A stretch of 63,976 nucleotides of DNA, filler included, from Gonapodya sp. JEL0774 (taxonomy: Eukaryota): assembly GCA_027604505.1 (NCBI GenBank). It is 6 parts of 6 records of this genome, joined end to end, with 100 filler letters (N's around TTAATTAATTAA, not from the genome) between each part and the next. Parts side by side here need not be neighbours in the genome. Positions count along the whole stretch, not along the records: positions 33,049 to 43,908 come from JADIIX010000375.1; positions 44,009 to 54,620 come from JADIIX010000376.1; 4 more parts are not named here. The stretch is one strand, 5' to 3'. Of the stretch, positions 37,098 to 48,645 are shown piece after piece; positions within the stretch are counted from its first letter, which is position 1, and each line of letters begins with the position of its first letter. The notes under the pieces are model-generated. The model saw only the letters and a program-made list of their open reading frames with translations, did no database searches and had not been told where the DNA came from. Both the position numbers and the translations under genes were made by a program.

Positions 37098-39015
37098 AAT
37101 GATGAAACGAATCATGCAACAAGTTGTCACCGTCTACGCTATCGCAGTCTTGTCGTGTCGGTATCGTCACGTTTCAGCGTGGCTGTTTTCCCCGATGTGC
37201 TGTTCCGAGCTTTGTACGCTCTTCCTTTCATTATGATCGAACGATTCCACACGACGATCGAACACGGTTTTCCACCGGACAAGTCCTCACAATGTCGGCT
37301 CATGCTTGTGTATCGGTATTTTGAACGTCGCTTCTCGTGAATGAAATGTTGCCGCTCTTCAGTGAATGCTGCTCCGCTCGCTTTGTCCTCGCCAGGATGC
37401 AGATTGCGTAGCGTCAACGTACACGATTCCGAACTTCTTCTCGTATTGCTCGAGTGGAATTTGTGTTCAAGGTTTTCATTGCTATTCATTCGGTTTTCCA
37501 ACCGTGTCGTGGACTAACCTCGCCTCCTCCTCCTCTCCAGGCTGCTCCTCCCCGTGGCTCTCCCCGTGCGCCCGCGGCAACGCCCGCCCCACCTGCGTCA
37601 ACTTCGCCACCGACGTGTTCAACTGTGGTGGATGTTACCGTTCGTGCGTCGGCGGGGGGTCGTGTACCGGTGGTGTCTGCTCGAGCGGGCAAGTGTCGTG
37701 CCCAGAGCCGGGGGGGAACTGTACCACTGTTGGACCGACTGTAGATCTGGTTTATCCACCCGCATTGAACTTGCCTGTGTCGACGGATGGAAAGTGTGGT
37801 GCGGCGGTGGGGACGCGGTGTCCGGCTGACCAGTGTTGTGGTGTGGGGAGCAATACGTGCAGGTAAGAGTACTTCCCCACGACTCTGTTATTACTGAATG
37901 AATTGTAAAAATATTTTGGTTTTGTTCACAGCTTAACCGAAAACTGCACTCGTAAGTTCGTTTGCCACTGCAATTTCTGTTGTACCCCTCCACTTCACCA
38001 AATTACCTCTCCACCCGGCACAGCCCCGACGTGCCAACTCTCTTTTGGATCTTGCATCTCCCTCCCGCCCCTCTCCCTCCCCTGCCCCACATCCACCCCG
38101 CTCCAGTTCGTCCTTACGGCAGCGGACGGGACGTTCGTGTGGTCGTACGCGGCCGCCACGGGAACGAGGTACGAGTGTGTAGGGTGTGCGGGGCAAGGCG
38201 TGGAAACGGTGTGGGATGCGGGGATACAGCAGTGTGTGCCTAAAACAAGTGGTTCCACAAGTGCAGGTGAGAGCGAGACAAGAGAGGATAGAGATGGAAC
38301 ACGAACAACTTTTGCTGACAACTACCCATTATTTGTAGTTGGTAGTTCGACCTCCTCGGTCTCATTTCGTAAGTTTCTCGCGTTCTATTTGATCTATCCG
38401 CCTCCGCTACTTCACATTCGTTCGCCATCATCACCAGCGTCACCAGCGTCACCAGCGCCGACACCAATTTCTTCCTCCAATAAACCATCTCTCACATCCC
38501 TCCTATCAACGGGCTTCTCTGCTCCTAGCCTTATAACCTCCGGTATGTAGAACAATGCCTGTGATTCCTTTCCTTTCGACCCCGGAAACATTTCTCGATC
38601 TCCCCGCTCAAACCACCCAAGCAAATCCGGTGACCTCCTCGTCTCCACCCTCTCCCTCTATAACCACCACCTCCACTGTTCCTCCGCTGACACGTGGCTC
38701 CGGGTCTGACCAAAACGGCTCCACCGGTGAACTGGACGGAACCAATCGCAACACAGTCTCTGTGGAGTGAGTCCCATTTCCTTGGCCCACACATTCTATT
38801 GATCTTTGACCAACCGCTCGTGCATCGTGCCACGCCTCTCTAGATCCTCATCCAGTACCCCGCTCTCCACAATCGTGGGAGCATGCTTTGGAGGAGGCAT
38901 CGCACTCGCACTCGGTATCGGAGCTGTGTTGATCATGACGAGACGACAGCGGCGATCAAGAGTGGCATTCGCACAAGTTGAGAAGATGAAGGGGGAAGGG
39001 GAGCCGGGACAGTAG
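37098..39015 (+). CDS. Cys-rich type-I membrane/cell-surface protein with Stig1-like and chitin-binding (CBM18/hevein-like) modules and a Ser/Thr stalk; may be partly degenerate
   Basis: TCVNFATDVFNCGGCYRSCVGGGSCTGGVC; VSTDGKCGAAVGTRCPADQCCG; Ser/Thr/Pro-rich exons; TM segment IVGACFGGGIALALGIGAVLIM followed by TRRQRRSR. The exon structure is uncertain. Confidence 0.6.
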
Positions 39016-40129
39016 GGTAATTGGGACGAGGCAGTCAAACCGGAGTTCCATGCAGAGGTCATTTGGGACATGTACGATGGCATTGCGATGTTATTTCCTG
39101 TATTATTGTACCATGAACATTTATCGGAGCTTCCAAATAGACACCAGTGCATTATTGATCTCCAGCCCTTCCAAGATGAGCATTCTGAGGTGGTTATTGA
39201 TAGAAACCAGCAGGACCCGAAGCAAGCTCCTGTATTGTATTATTGGTCAATTGCCAGAAGCCAGCAGGGAGGTGCTGGTCGAGGGATGCAGGTGGTTGAG
39301 CGGTATGAAGTGCGAGTGGAAGTGCGAGCTGCTGCTAGTGGCAAAAGAAGAAGACGACGAGTCGGAAGTGCCATAGCAGATGATGACTGAGGAGTGGTGA
39401 GTATCGATCCTGTAGCATGGAAACCGACGCAGTGGGGATGCAAACAGGACCGGGGTGGTGGTAGGCCCTGCAGTAGTGCTGACTAGTCGGAGTCCGGGAA
39501 GAGATGAGTCAGCCTAGAGGAAGGGGTGAGGGGAAAGAGCCGGAGCGCCGGGGAAGAATCAGAGTGATAGTAGAAGCTGCCATTGGGAGCCGAAGCTTTG
39601 CGTTTGAGGTCGATGATGGGAACTTTCGAGGAGATGTTGGAGTTCGAGTAGGGGACCGGTCGCGGAGTAAGCCGAGTTGGAAGAGTGAACGCAGAGGGAT
39701 TCAACATAGTCGTCGCAGGTGCAGTAAGAAAGTGTCCTCACAGGTGCAGCGTATACGGGGATTACAGACACTAGGGATTCGGCATTGAGTGTCGCGGTGG
39801 TGGTGGTGGAGGGATGTAAGGTCTCTGAACATAGTGCGTCCGTTGGATCCTGCACGACTCCCAGGAACGACACTCAGAGAATCTGATGGTGGCATTGTGC
39901 TGTGTGTCTGCCACCTCGGCGCCAGACTCACTCGGACGTGTCGTCTCATGCGCGCACGGTTTCGTCTGTGGGTCTCTCGCGTTCGACATCATCCCCTCGT
40001 CGTTCTTCTCTTTCTTGAACGCTAGTCAAACTGCCAGCGAATCGAGAATCGCCTCGAAGATTTTGACCTTTCCGTCAACAGGAAGGCCTCCACTGACTTT
40101 CCGCTCCACCAAGATCCGCCTCCAACCGG

Positions 40130-41021
40130 TCAACGTCCTTCACCAGTGTCTTTGTTCTTTTTGAGAGCTAACCGTCTATGTTTCCGAATATATCTCACAA
40201 TATCGTCATGTCCAATCCACTCTGCTTGCGAGTACGCACCGTTCTTGTACCGTGAGTATGATACAGAATCGGCACCGTTGTCCAGCAGCACCTTAACGAC
40301 TTCGAGTTGACCAGCCCGAACAGCATGCCACAACGCCGAATTGACGTCCAGACCGACATATGCCCTATGATTCAGCAGGAGTTGTACGACAGCAACGTGT
40401 CCATGCGCAGCCGCAATCTGCAAAGGACGCTCAAAGTCTGATCGGACATTTGGATTTGCACCGTAGGACAGCAGCAGTCGTGCAATTTCAACATCACCTC
40501 TTCTTGCGCATACGTGCAGTCCGCGGCCTTCATGAGTGTTAGTGTTAGCACCGTTCTCCAGCAACAACCTCGCCACGTCAAGACGTTCCATGGATCACGC
40601 CCTCAGGAATGGACGATTCGGGAGCTTTCTATCACCCCGTGCCTTTGAGCCTAATTCAAGCAAAACGCGGACTTTACTATGTTTCCGAACTCTACCGCGT
40701 GCTCCAGAGGCGTCCTCGTGTATCCCCAGTCACTGTGAATAAACAATCGATCCAAGTTCAAAGCGGGATCGGAACGGGAAAGTCGCTCGTGTATCGCCTT
40801 GATAACGAGGTACTGTCCAGGCTCAGTCCTGCTCGATTCCCATGTCAGAGTCTCCGCCGACGACGTGTAGGGGGCTATTGCTCGAACTGCGATACTGTCC
40901 GGAGTCCTGAAGATCTCCACCAGAGCCCTGTTGAGAGCACGCGTCGGCAAACCGAGACGAAATGGTAATACCGGCCGATGAGCAGGATAGTTTCCGGTGG
41001 AAGATTGGTGAGATTGAGCAT
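40130..41021 (-). pseudogene. F-box-like + ankyrin repeat protein, frameshifted
   Basis: MLNLTNLPPETILLIGRY, then a 1-nt frameshift relative to the 33049 paralog and further stops/frameshifts near 40600-40650. Four ankyrin repeats follow (GLHVCARRGDVEIARLLLSYGANPN, PLQIAAAHGHVAVVQLLL, ALWHAVRAGQLEVVKVLLDNGAD). Confidence 0.8.
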
Positions 41022-41660
41022 TCGAGGGAAGGATTCGAGAACGGGAGGAAAGGCAGAGTTGATACCGATGTGATTCGAGCGCCAGATTGAAGTTGATGAA
41101 GAAATGCGAGGAAAACTCAAATCGAGAACTGCCAGGCAGGACCGTGCACTTGTTTTTCAATGATTCTGAGATCGATTACCACGTACTTCGCTACCATTCC
41201 CAGTCGATGCTTTCCAATGCACCTTGCAATTCATATCCATGCGTCCATCTCTCTGTGCATGTGAGAGCACGGCAGCCAGTTTATGTAGCATGGTCCAGTG
41301 TTATGAAGATCGACAGAGTCCTCTGGACCATGCTTCAACATAAGATATTGCGAGGTGAATGCACTGAATTATTTTCTGTTATGCAATCTTGCCGCACCCA
41401 ATGAATGAATTAATTTGTATCACCAGAAAGTTCACACCGGCTTCGGCCGCGTAGACGGACGGAGGCACGACATTAGTCAACGCCCCTGCGATCATAAGTC
41501 GCGAGCGCTTCTGTAGCTTCCTCCAAAACTTCACATCCGTGAGATCGATCATCCATTCCTGCCAGAGCTCCCTGCCGCATCGGAACCCCGTTGCATCACT
41601 GATTGAGCATCGGGCCAGCTTGTACTTCTGAGAGAATCACCAGCTCGGCGAGCCCGAGCC

Positions 41661-43133
41661 ATGGCCGACGAAAACCGACCTCGATTGAAAAAGTCCGCGC
41701 TTAGTTTGATCTTGCCCTGGTCGATCGCGATCCCGTGGGTCTTGCACGCAGGGTTTCTGCTCCTTACTCTGTCGCTCGCAATCCAGGGCCAGCCGAGCCA
41801 ATCCGATACCACGATCTGCTCCATCTTCGAGCAGATGTTCGATTCCTCGGGTGCGCGACTGCCGTGGTCAAGAGGGGGGTGCTGTTTTCTTGACACGGTG
41901 TTCCCCGACGATCCCACGAGTTTCGACTGCTCTGCCGGGAGAGTCGTGGGTGTCCGACTGCAGGGTGAGAGATTGAGAGGACCAGTGCCTCTCGCAATAT
42001 CAGGCTTCGTTGAGCTGACGTATTTGAACCTTGGTGGCAACGAGTTGGATGGGACTTTGGACTGGGTTGCAAACCTCACCAGTTTGACTCACCTTGACTT
42101 GTATGGGAACTTCTTCTCGGGATCCCTCACACCGGTCAGCAATCTCGTCAATTTGAAACACCTTGATCTTGGGAGCAATCGATTTTCGGGATCTCTTCCC
42201 TCGAGTCTCACGAATCTCGTTCATTTGACCTACCTGGACGTTTACAGCACCGGTTTGAGTGGACTAATCACACTCAATTTAGCTGACTTTAAGGAGCTCT
42301 CGCATCTTAACCTTCGCTACAACAACTTCAGTGGGCCAATTGTGTTCGCTGGCCTAACCAAGCTGTCTTTCCTGGATGTCGCCTATAATCGGCTCACCGG
42401 ATCCTTTCCCTCCCTGACAAACCTCACCCAATTAAGCAATTTGGACCTTTCCCACAATTTTTTTGAAGGTCCTATCCCACCCTTCTCCTTTTCGGACATT
42501 GTAGGGGTCACATCTTTGAATCTTGCTGGAAACCTGTTCAACGGGTCTCTCCCTGACGCCGTGCTTCCAAACTTGACCTCTATAGACCTGAGCTCAAACA
42601 AATTTTCTGGGACTATCCCTCCTTTTGCTGGCTACAGTCGATTGCTACATCTGCGCGTTTCGCACAATCAACTCAAAGGACCGATTCCACCCACCATTTC
42701 CAATCTCTCCCACCTAGTCACTCTCGACCTCGATTCGAACAATCTCACTGGCCCGATCCCTCGAATCACCGCACTCACTAACTTGAGCCAGATGTTTCTC
42801 TCGCGGAACCAACTGGCCGGAAGCATCGATGGTCTTCTTCCGCCAACGCTGTACCGCTGTAGCCTCTTCGCTCAAGGCAGTAATCCTGGTCTCTACACAT
42901 GCACAGAAGACTTCCCGTCGACATGTTCCAATCCCGACGAACCAGCCACATATGGTGCTTTGTGTCCACCAAGAGCACTCGTACCACGCGTCGTGGGTGG
43001 AGTCGTTGGCGGCCTCGTAGCCATCAGCATCATCACTGTTCTCGTACTGTATCGCCGCGGCAAGATGTCCAGGGCGCATCTGAAGTCTTATCTTCGCTTG
43101 GATCGGAGTGAGTTCACTTCTTCGATATCATGA
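41661..43133 (+). CDS. Leucine-rich-repeat receptor-like membrane protein (plant-type eLRR)
   Basis: Hydrophobic N-terminal segment, Cys cap, about 13 LxxLxxLDLxxNxFSGxIP repeats, a Cys-rich C-cap, TM segment VVGGVVGGLVAISIITVLVLY and RRGK. The tail may be extended by splicing at ~43108. Confidence 0.92.
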   Translation: MADENRPRLKKSALSLILPWSIAIPWVLHAGFLLLTLSLAIQGQPSQSDTTICSIFEQMFDSSGARLPWSRGGCCFLDTVFPDDPTSFDCSAGRVVGVRLQGERLRGPVPLAISGFVELTYLNLGGNELDGTLDWVANLTSLTHLDLYGNFFSGSLTPVSNLVNLKHLDLGSNRFSGSLPSSLTNLVHLTYLDVYSTGLSGLITLNLADFKELSHLNLRYNNFSGPIVFAGLTKLSFLDVAYNRLTGSFPSLTNLTQLSNLDLSHNFFEGPIPPFSFSDIVGVTSLNLAGNLFNGSLPDAVLPNLTSIDLSSNKFSGTIPPFAGYSRLLHLRVSHNQLKGPIPPTISNLSHLVTLDLDSNNLTGPIPRITALTNLSQMFLSRNQLAGSIDGLLPPTLYRCSLFAQGSNPGLYTCTEDFPSTCSNPDEPATYGALCPPRALVPRVVGGVVGGLVAISIITVLVLYRRGKMSRAHLKSYLRLDRSEFTSSIS

Positions 43134-43908
43134 TGCGTGCTTCTGGTGCTGACTACTGCTGCAAACACGTCCAGTGAAAAACGGAAACCCCGCGTCTCAA
43201 ACCTCCACCGCTGGAACGCTTCAAAGCCCTGGACGAACAGTTGCATCTTCCGTTTGATGTTTCCCCGGATGTCAACGCCACTCATTTTCATTCCCAGTGT
43301 GAGTCTCTAGACCGTAGTTGATTGCGAAATGTCTCCCCACATCCTTTGTTGCATACCACAGAGCTTGAATCCTCCGGTCACGATGTCGTTGCGAGGAACC
43401 CTCCTCTATACCTGACAACAATGTGACACTTCATTCCTGCTTCTACGCAGATCTCACTGACGGTCGTCGTTGGGACTCCGATTTTGCTAATTCGAGGGTT
43501 GACTTCACATATCCAAGACCCTTTGAGGCTGGGCGAGTATTAGCTTAGTATCGTTTGTGGTAATTATTTCTCTATTGAACATGCATTAGTTTTGATTGCC
43601 GACGCTGTTGCTAAATCATGAGAAACATCAGAACATTGAAGACTTTGGATTACGCGAAGAAAGTAAATTGAAGGAAAACAAACAATAAAGCGGTTATTAT
43701 GTAAGGTGGTGGCAAGTTACTAAGGTTGAAGGTCCCACTCTGTCGCAAAGGATTACATAACCATCACACTCCACGTCACGCACTAAGATGATCACCCCAG
43801 AAGCTGTGGGCCCCGGCCCACTCCCAGCGCCGGTCCCTTTGAGCTCTCTTTGGGCTCCAGCGGGTCCCTCCCATTGAGTCCGAGCATATCCACGAACGAT
43901 TTCCTCCG

Positions 43909-44008
43909 NNNNNNNNNNNNNNNNNNNNNNNNNNNNNNNNNNNNNNNNNNNNTTAATTAATTAANNNNNNNNNNNNNNNNNNNNNNNNNNNNNNNNNNNN
44001 NNNNNNNN
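43909..44008. other. Artificial scaffold spacer
   Basis: N44-TTAATTAATTAA-N44. Confidence 0.97.
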
Positions 44009-44098
44009 CTTGGATCCACTAGTAGTGTGACGGCTACTTATTTCCGTCGCTGGTACCTCATTGTCTCTCTCAGCCAATTTCATAGCGGAGAACATTTA

Positions 44099-44500
44099 TT
44101 AACCCGCCCCCGTACATAATTGGAGGGTGACAGGACACCGAGAACGTTGACACTTGACACACAATAACGGCCGTGACGACACAAAAAATGTCTCCCGAGT
44201 GCAATACATGCACTTGTCAAATCCACCCAGTATACCTAGTCGAAACCGAACGGTAGCAATACCGAGGCGCCGGACCAGCTGGGCAGACACGACGAGCGGG
44301 ATGTCCATGCACAAAGAGACACGGAGAGCACACAGCACGTCAGGACGGAATCGTTCTACGGCTTGCGAGAGAGCACGGCAGGTGAAGCGAAGCCGAGCTG
44401 CCGCGCAGTAGGGCAAGGGCCGTGTTATATTGCCGATGACTTCCAGCGGCATCACATCGACCAAAGAGTAGAGACTGGAAAAAAAGAACAACATATAACC
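44099..44500 (-). CDS. Small F-box-like protein with C-terminal CxxC...CxxC motif
   Basis: SLVDVMPLEVIGNITRPLPYCAAARLRFTCRALSQAV fits the F-box pattern LPxEI...L..TCR. C-terminal KCMYC...LCVKC. The start is uncertain. Confidence 0.6.
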   Translation of the reverse strand, partial: GYMLFFFSSLYSLVDVMPLEVIGNITRPLPYCAAARLRFTCRALSQAVERFRPDVLCALRVSLCMDIPLVVSAQLVRRLGIATVRFRLGILGGFDKCMYCTRETFFVSSRPLLCVKCQRSRCPVTLQLCTGAG

Positions 44501-44649
44501 TCTCGTGGTTGTCAGCAATGAAGGGCAAACAAACGACGACTCGCCTAGACCGTTGCATTTTCCATCAATCCCAAGCCAAACTATCAAACCACTTCACAGA
44601 CACACCGACGCTAGTTTCGTCCGCTGAATTGAGTATACTTGGCAAATGG

Positions 44650-45794
44650 ATGGCGTGTCCAAGAACCAAGACGCACAAAGCGGCCGTTGAGAAGATCAAG
44701 GTGTACGAAACACAGGTGCAGCTCCCTCTGTACATGGAAGTCTGGTCTATAATCGTGCATATGGGAGCTTGGATGTGAGTACTTTCAAGTTATGTTTTTA
44801 AAGAGTAATAGTATATTCATCTACTTGTCATGACCAGGCTCCAGGTCTTATTCACCAGTATTTGAAGGGTCGTGCATCATACATTGCAGCGAATGCACTC
44901 ACACAGGAGCCTGTGTACAGCCAAGCCATCTTCCCTGTGATAAAGAATTCATCATTCAATGGGAGGCCAGTGACTCTCAAAATATTTGGTCCAGTTGATC
45001 AAAAGACACATATAGTATGCTTATACTATTCTACTCATTTGAGACTCTTGTTCATCCTGTTTTTCAATTAGGACGTGTGCAGTCTAATTGCAACTCACTT
45101 TTGCATTATTCATGTGAACATTGTTCAGTGCATTGGGTATACATTGCTTCACCAGTCTCATGTGGCAGCAGTACTGCCATATATTGAGGGCAGCAATCTG
45201 GAAGAAGTGCTTCCTGAAGATTTAGACACAGCAGATCACCTTTCTATCGTGAGTGTCTTTTGTTTTACATATGTTTCTTTTTGTATATCACCTGACCTGT
45301 TCTCCTTGAATTTTTTGGTTTTAGATCCTGCACATTGCACAGGGACTGCGTTTTCTTCACTTCAAAAAGCTCATGCACTGCAATATAAACCCTGGCAACA
45401 TCCTGATATCACGCACAAAAAACATGGTCTCTGCAATGTTGTGTGGGTTGAGTGGAATAGGTGCTCTGGATCATGATGGTAAAGTCACAGGAAGGCCATT
45501 TGTGGATTCCCCATATATTGCACCAGAGCGATTGGCAAATTGGAAAGCTCCTATGACAGCTGCTGCAGATGTGTGGAGCTTTGGGCAGGTGGCACTTGAT
45601 GTAAGTAAACACCTAGTATACTGATATTTGAACCTGATATATGTGTGTTTCAGATCCTTTTCAGCAAGAGTTCAAGTAGAAAGGGACCAGTACATACCCT
45701 TATAAGGAAATATGTCAGTCTGCAACTGGAAGATCGTCCGTCTATGGCAGAGGTTGTAGATGAGATGGTGCGGATTATTGCTGTCAGTGGCTGA
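44650..45794 (+). CDS. Protein kinase-like (pseudokinase or decaying kinase), multi-exon
   Basis: VTLKIF, IHVNIVQCIG, LPYIEGSNL, IAQGLRFLH, HCNINPGNILI (HRD replaced), no DFG, YIAPE, DVWSFG, DRPSMAEVV. The DNA is CpG-poor. Confidence 0.8.
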
Positions 45795-45886
45795 AGTAGT
45801 GTAAGGTTATTTTTAGGTCCTGTGTGATGTAACTTTGAAATAGGGTGTTGGAAAATTTCATGGAAGTTGCATTTCCGAATACTTGT

Positions 45887-46680
45887 TCAGGATTGGGATG
45901 GGATGCGCATGGAAGATGGAGATGGGCCTTTCGAGACTTTTTGGTGAGTGCTTGAAGGATGGGATGGGATGGGACCTAGATTCTGAAACACTACGAAACT
46001 CATCCGGGATGGGAATGGCAATGAGGATGTGATGAGACCTAGATTCTGAAACTTTCCGGTGAGTCTTTTAGGATGGGATGGGATGCGGATGGAACTTTCG
46101 AGACTTTTCGGTGAGTGTTTGAAGGATGGGATGGGATGGGATGGGGATGGGATAAGACCTAGATTCTGAAACATTACGAAACTCATCCGGGATGGGGATG
46201 GGGATGGGATGGGATGGAATAGTGATTCTGTAAACTTTCCGAAAACTTGTTTAGGATGGGGATGGGATGAGAGATTCTGAAACTTTTCGGTAAATCTTTC
46301 AGGATGGGATGAGGATGGGATTAGAGATTCTGGAACTTTGCGAAATCTCTTTCAGAATGGGGGATGGTATGAGGATGGGATCTGGATTCTGGAATTTTGC
46401 GAAATCTCATTCAGGATGGGGGATGAGGATGGGATGCGATGGATTGGATTGGTTGGGTTGCACGCAATGTCATGTGATCGAATGGTATGGGATGGGATGA
46501 GGATGGGGATGGGGGATGGGGATGGGATCAAAGATTATGAAACTTTTCGAAAACTCATCCGGAATGGGGATGAGGATGGGATGGGGATGGGATGGGTTGA
46601 GGATGGGGATGAGGGATGAAGATTCTAAAATTTTTCACAAAATGATTCGAGATGGGGATGGGGGATGGGGATGGGATGAA
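45887..46680 (-). repeat. Palindrome/GGGAT repeat array, block 1 (G-rich on +)
   Basis: Degenerate units of GATTCTGAAACTTTTCGAAAACTC(A/T)TCAGGAT followed by (GGGAT)n. Confidence 0.9.
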
Positions 46681-46718
46681 CAACTTGAAATCGGAAATCA
46701 ACGCGTTGTTGATTGTGT

Positions 46719-47513
46719 CTAGTTCTTACAGTCACCATCAACATCTCTGTACTGTGGAGGAGTGTCCGTTACTATGACTACTAATGGCTTCGCTGTCGCC
46801 TGCGACGACGACGCGAGTTCCACATCATCCGCTGCACCGTTTTGCTTCTTCCCACTGCAACACGCTGCGTAGTCCACAACACACAAACATACGCACACAA
46901 GCATAGAAACTATAAAGCCTGCAAGCATCGCCAACACAGCGAGTGCCCATGTCACACCCGTCACCACTGCCATCCAACGCGGCGACGCCGACGTTCCAGG
47001 AACCCACCCAATGTTCGTGCTGTTCAACACCCTTTCAATCGTTTCTTTCTCTCCGTCACTCATCGCCCAGTTCGTGCTAACATACACCGGCCCAGCTTTC
47101 CCAAAAGATGCCAAAAGTCCGTCACCCGAAACATGCCCTCCAACCATCCATTGTCCAGGTACAGTCCAGTCTAGGTCACCACCTCCGACAGTCCCATTCA
47201 GTTGGTCGGCCAATTCAGACGTCACAGCCAGTGCGTTCCCAATAATCTCGTTCGCCTGCGACAAGGAGTACCCGTACCCAATCGCTCTAATTCGCCGCTC
47301 TGATGGAAGATACACAGTCGCTCCATACATGCCCCAGGTGGTTCTTGCGTACAGTGGACATGTAGTACAGGTCAGTGGATACGTCCGAACCCATCGCGGA
47401 ACCAGCACGTCATGTGCCGTTGTCGTCGTCGTCGTTGTCGTCGTCGCAGTCCCCGTCGCCATGGAGAGTACGACGACTGTCAGTGAAATTAGAAGGGTGC
47501 AAAGAGATTTCAT
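46719..47513 (-). CDS. Intronless hypothetical membrane protein (signal peptide, Thr tract, C-terminal Cys-rich TM)
   Basis: 264-aa ORF: MKSLCTLLISLTVVVLSMA, poly-Thr, then TM segment WMAVVTGVTWALAVLAMLAGFIVSMLVCVCLCVV. Confidence 0.7.
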   Translation of the reverse strand: MKSLCTLLISLTVVVLSMATGTATTTTTTTTTAHDVLVPRWVRTYPLTCTTCPLYARTTWGMYGATVYLPSERRIRAIGYGYSLSQANEIIGNALAVTSELADQLNGTVGGGDLDWTVPGQWMVGGHVSGDGLLASFGKAGPVYVSTNWAMSDGEKETIERVLNSTNIGWVPGTSASPRWMAVVTGVTWALAVLAMLAGFIVSMLVCVCLCVVDYAACCSGKKQNGAADDVELASSSQATAKPLVVIVTDTPPQYRDVDGDCKN

Positions 47514-47694
47514 GGGGATGTGAGGTTGGGCTTGTTGACTCTTGTGATAGTTCGATGCTCAGTTGAGCTATTCTTTGTGCTTTTATGCGAATGCACTTGG
47601 TGTGGCTCAGTGCTATCCTAAAGTAAATATTTTTTTTCTCTTTTATTTGGGGGGATGGATTGGTTGGGTGGCACGTGATCGCATGAGATGTGAA

Positions 47695-47890
47695 TGGGAT
47701 GGGGATGGGGATGGGACTACAGACTTCTGAACTTTCGAAAACTCATCCGGGATGGGGATGAGGATGGGGGATGAGGATGAGGATGGGATGCGAGATTCTG
47801 AAACTTTTCGAAAACTCTTTCAGGATGAGGATGGGATGGAGGTTCTGAAACTTTTCTGAATTTCCTTTCAGGATGGGGATGGGGGATGAT
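47695..47890 (-). repeat. Palindrome/GGGAT repeat array, block 2 (G-rich on +)
   Basis: About 3 units, e.g. ttctgaaacttttcgaaaactctttcaggatgaggatggg. Confidence 0.9.
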
Positions 47891-47993
47891 AACTTTTTTT
47901 TTTCAAACTTTTCCTGGATGGTTCGACATTGTGGCGGAGGAGCACACTGCCTAAAATACCCTGTCGACTCGCCAGCTCTTCACTTTTCCCACC

Positions 47994-48641
47994 ATGACAT
48001 CTTCGCTATTCCCGCCGAGGCCGACTGACCTGGAGGTATCTCGCTGTGGTGGGTACCGCGCTATTCTCTCCCCACATACCTGGTCGGACCTGATAGTGCC
48101 TTCCACAGCTCTACTCTCTCGTGGAGCGTCCAAGCGCGGACTGCCATGGAATCCATTCTTTAATGCGGTTGTGCCTTTTGGCACCCAGGAAGCACTTCTG
48201 TGCGTGCCATATATCGATTCCAACGGGCAGGCCTCCAACTACGTCACGAGTGCTCGCCATGTACAGGTCATCACGAATTTGAACAACGGGTACCTAGCGA
48301 GACTGGACATGTTCAATGCGGTGATTGGATTTCTGGATCTAACATGGACAGAAGAGGTACGTACGTACGTACGTTCTTCTATTGGCGGTACTAACTCATA
48401 GATATTCCGTCAGACCTATGCCCGTCTCAAAGTGACAATGGCCAATCTCTTGCCACATGTCGACCACTACTCGACACAACTCAAAGTTATTCACTCTGAA
48501 TTCCTCGCGCGTCACGGCCTACCAAACAACCAGCAAACCTACGACCCACACCACATCGCTAAAATATGTCGCTCCCTTGTCGACACCCGCCTTCACATCG
48601 ATGTCATACTCGGTCACATTTCCACTTGCGCATCTTTGTAA
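47994..48641 (+). CDS. Hypothetical protein, 2 exons
   Basis: ORF 47994 joins in frame through intron ~48357-48413 (gtacgt...cag) to TYARLKVTMANLLPH...CASL*. Confidence 0.6.
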
Positions 48642-48645
48642 TCGT

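Noticed and set aside
39390..40100. Possible minus-strand gene between the surface-protein gene and the ankyrin pseudogene
   Set aside because: Only short broken ORFs with no recognisable motif; a call cannot be supported.
44018..44030. CACTAGTAG as a CACTA transposon terminus
   Set aside because: No matching inverted end, subterminal repeats or transposase were found on the scaffold.
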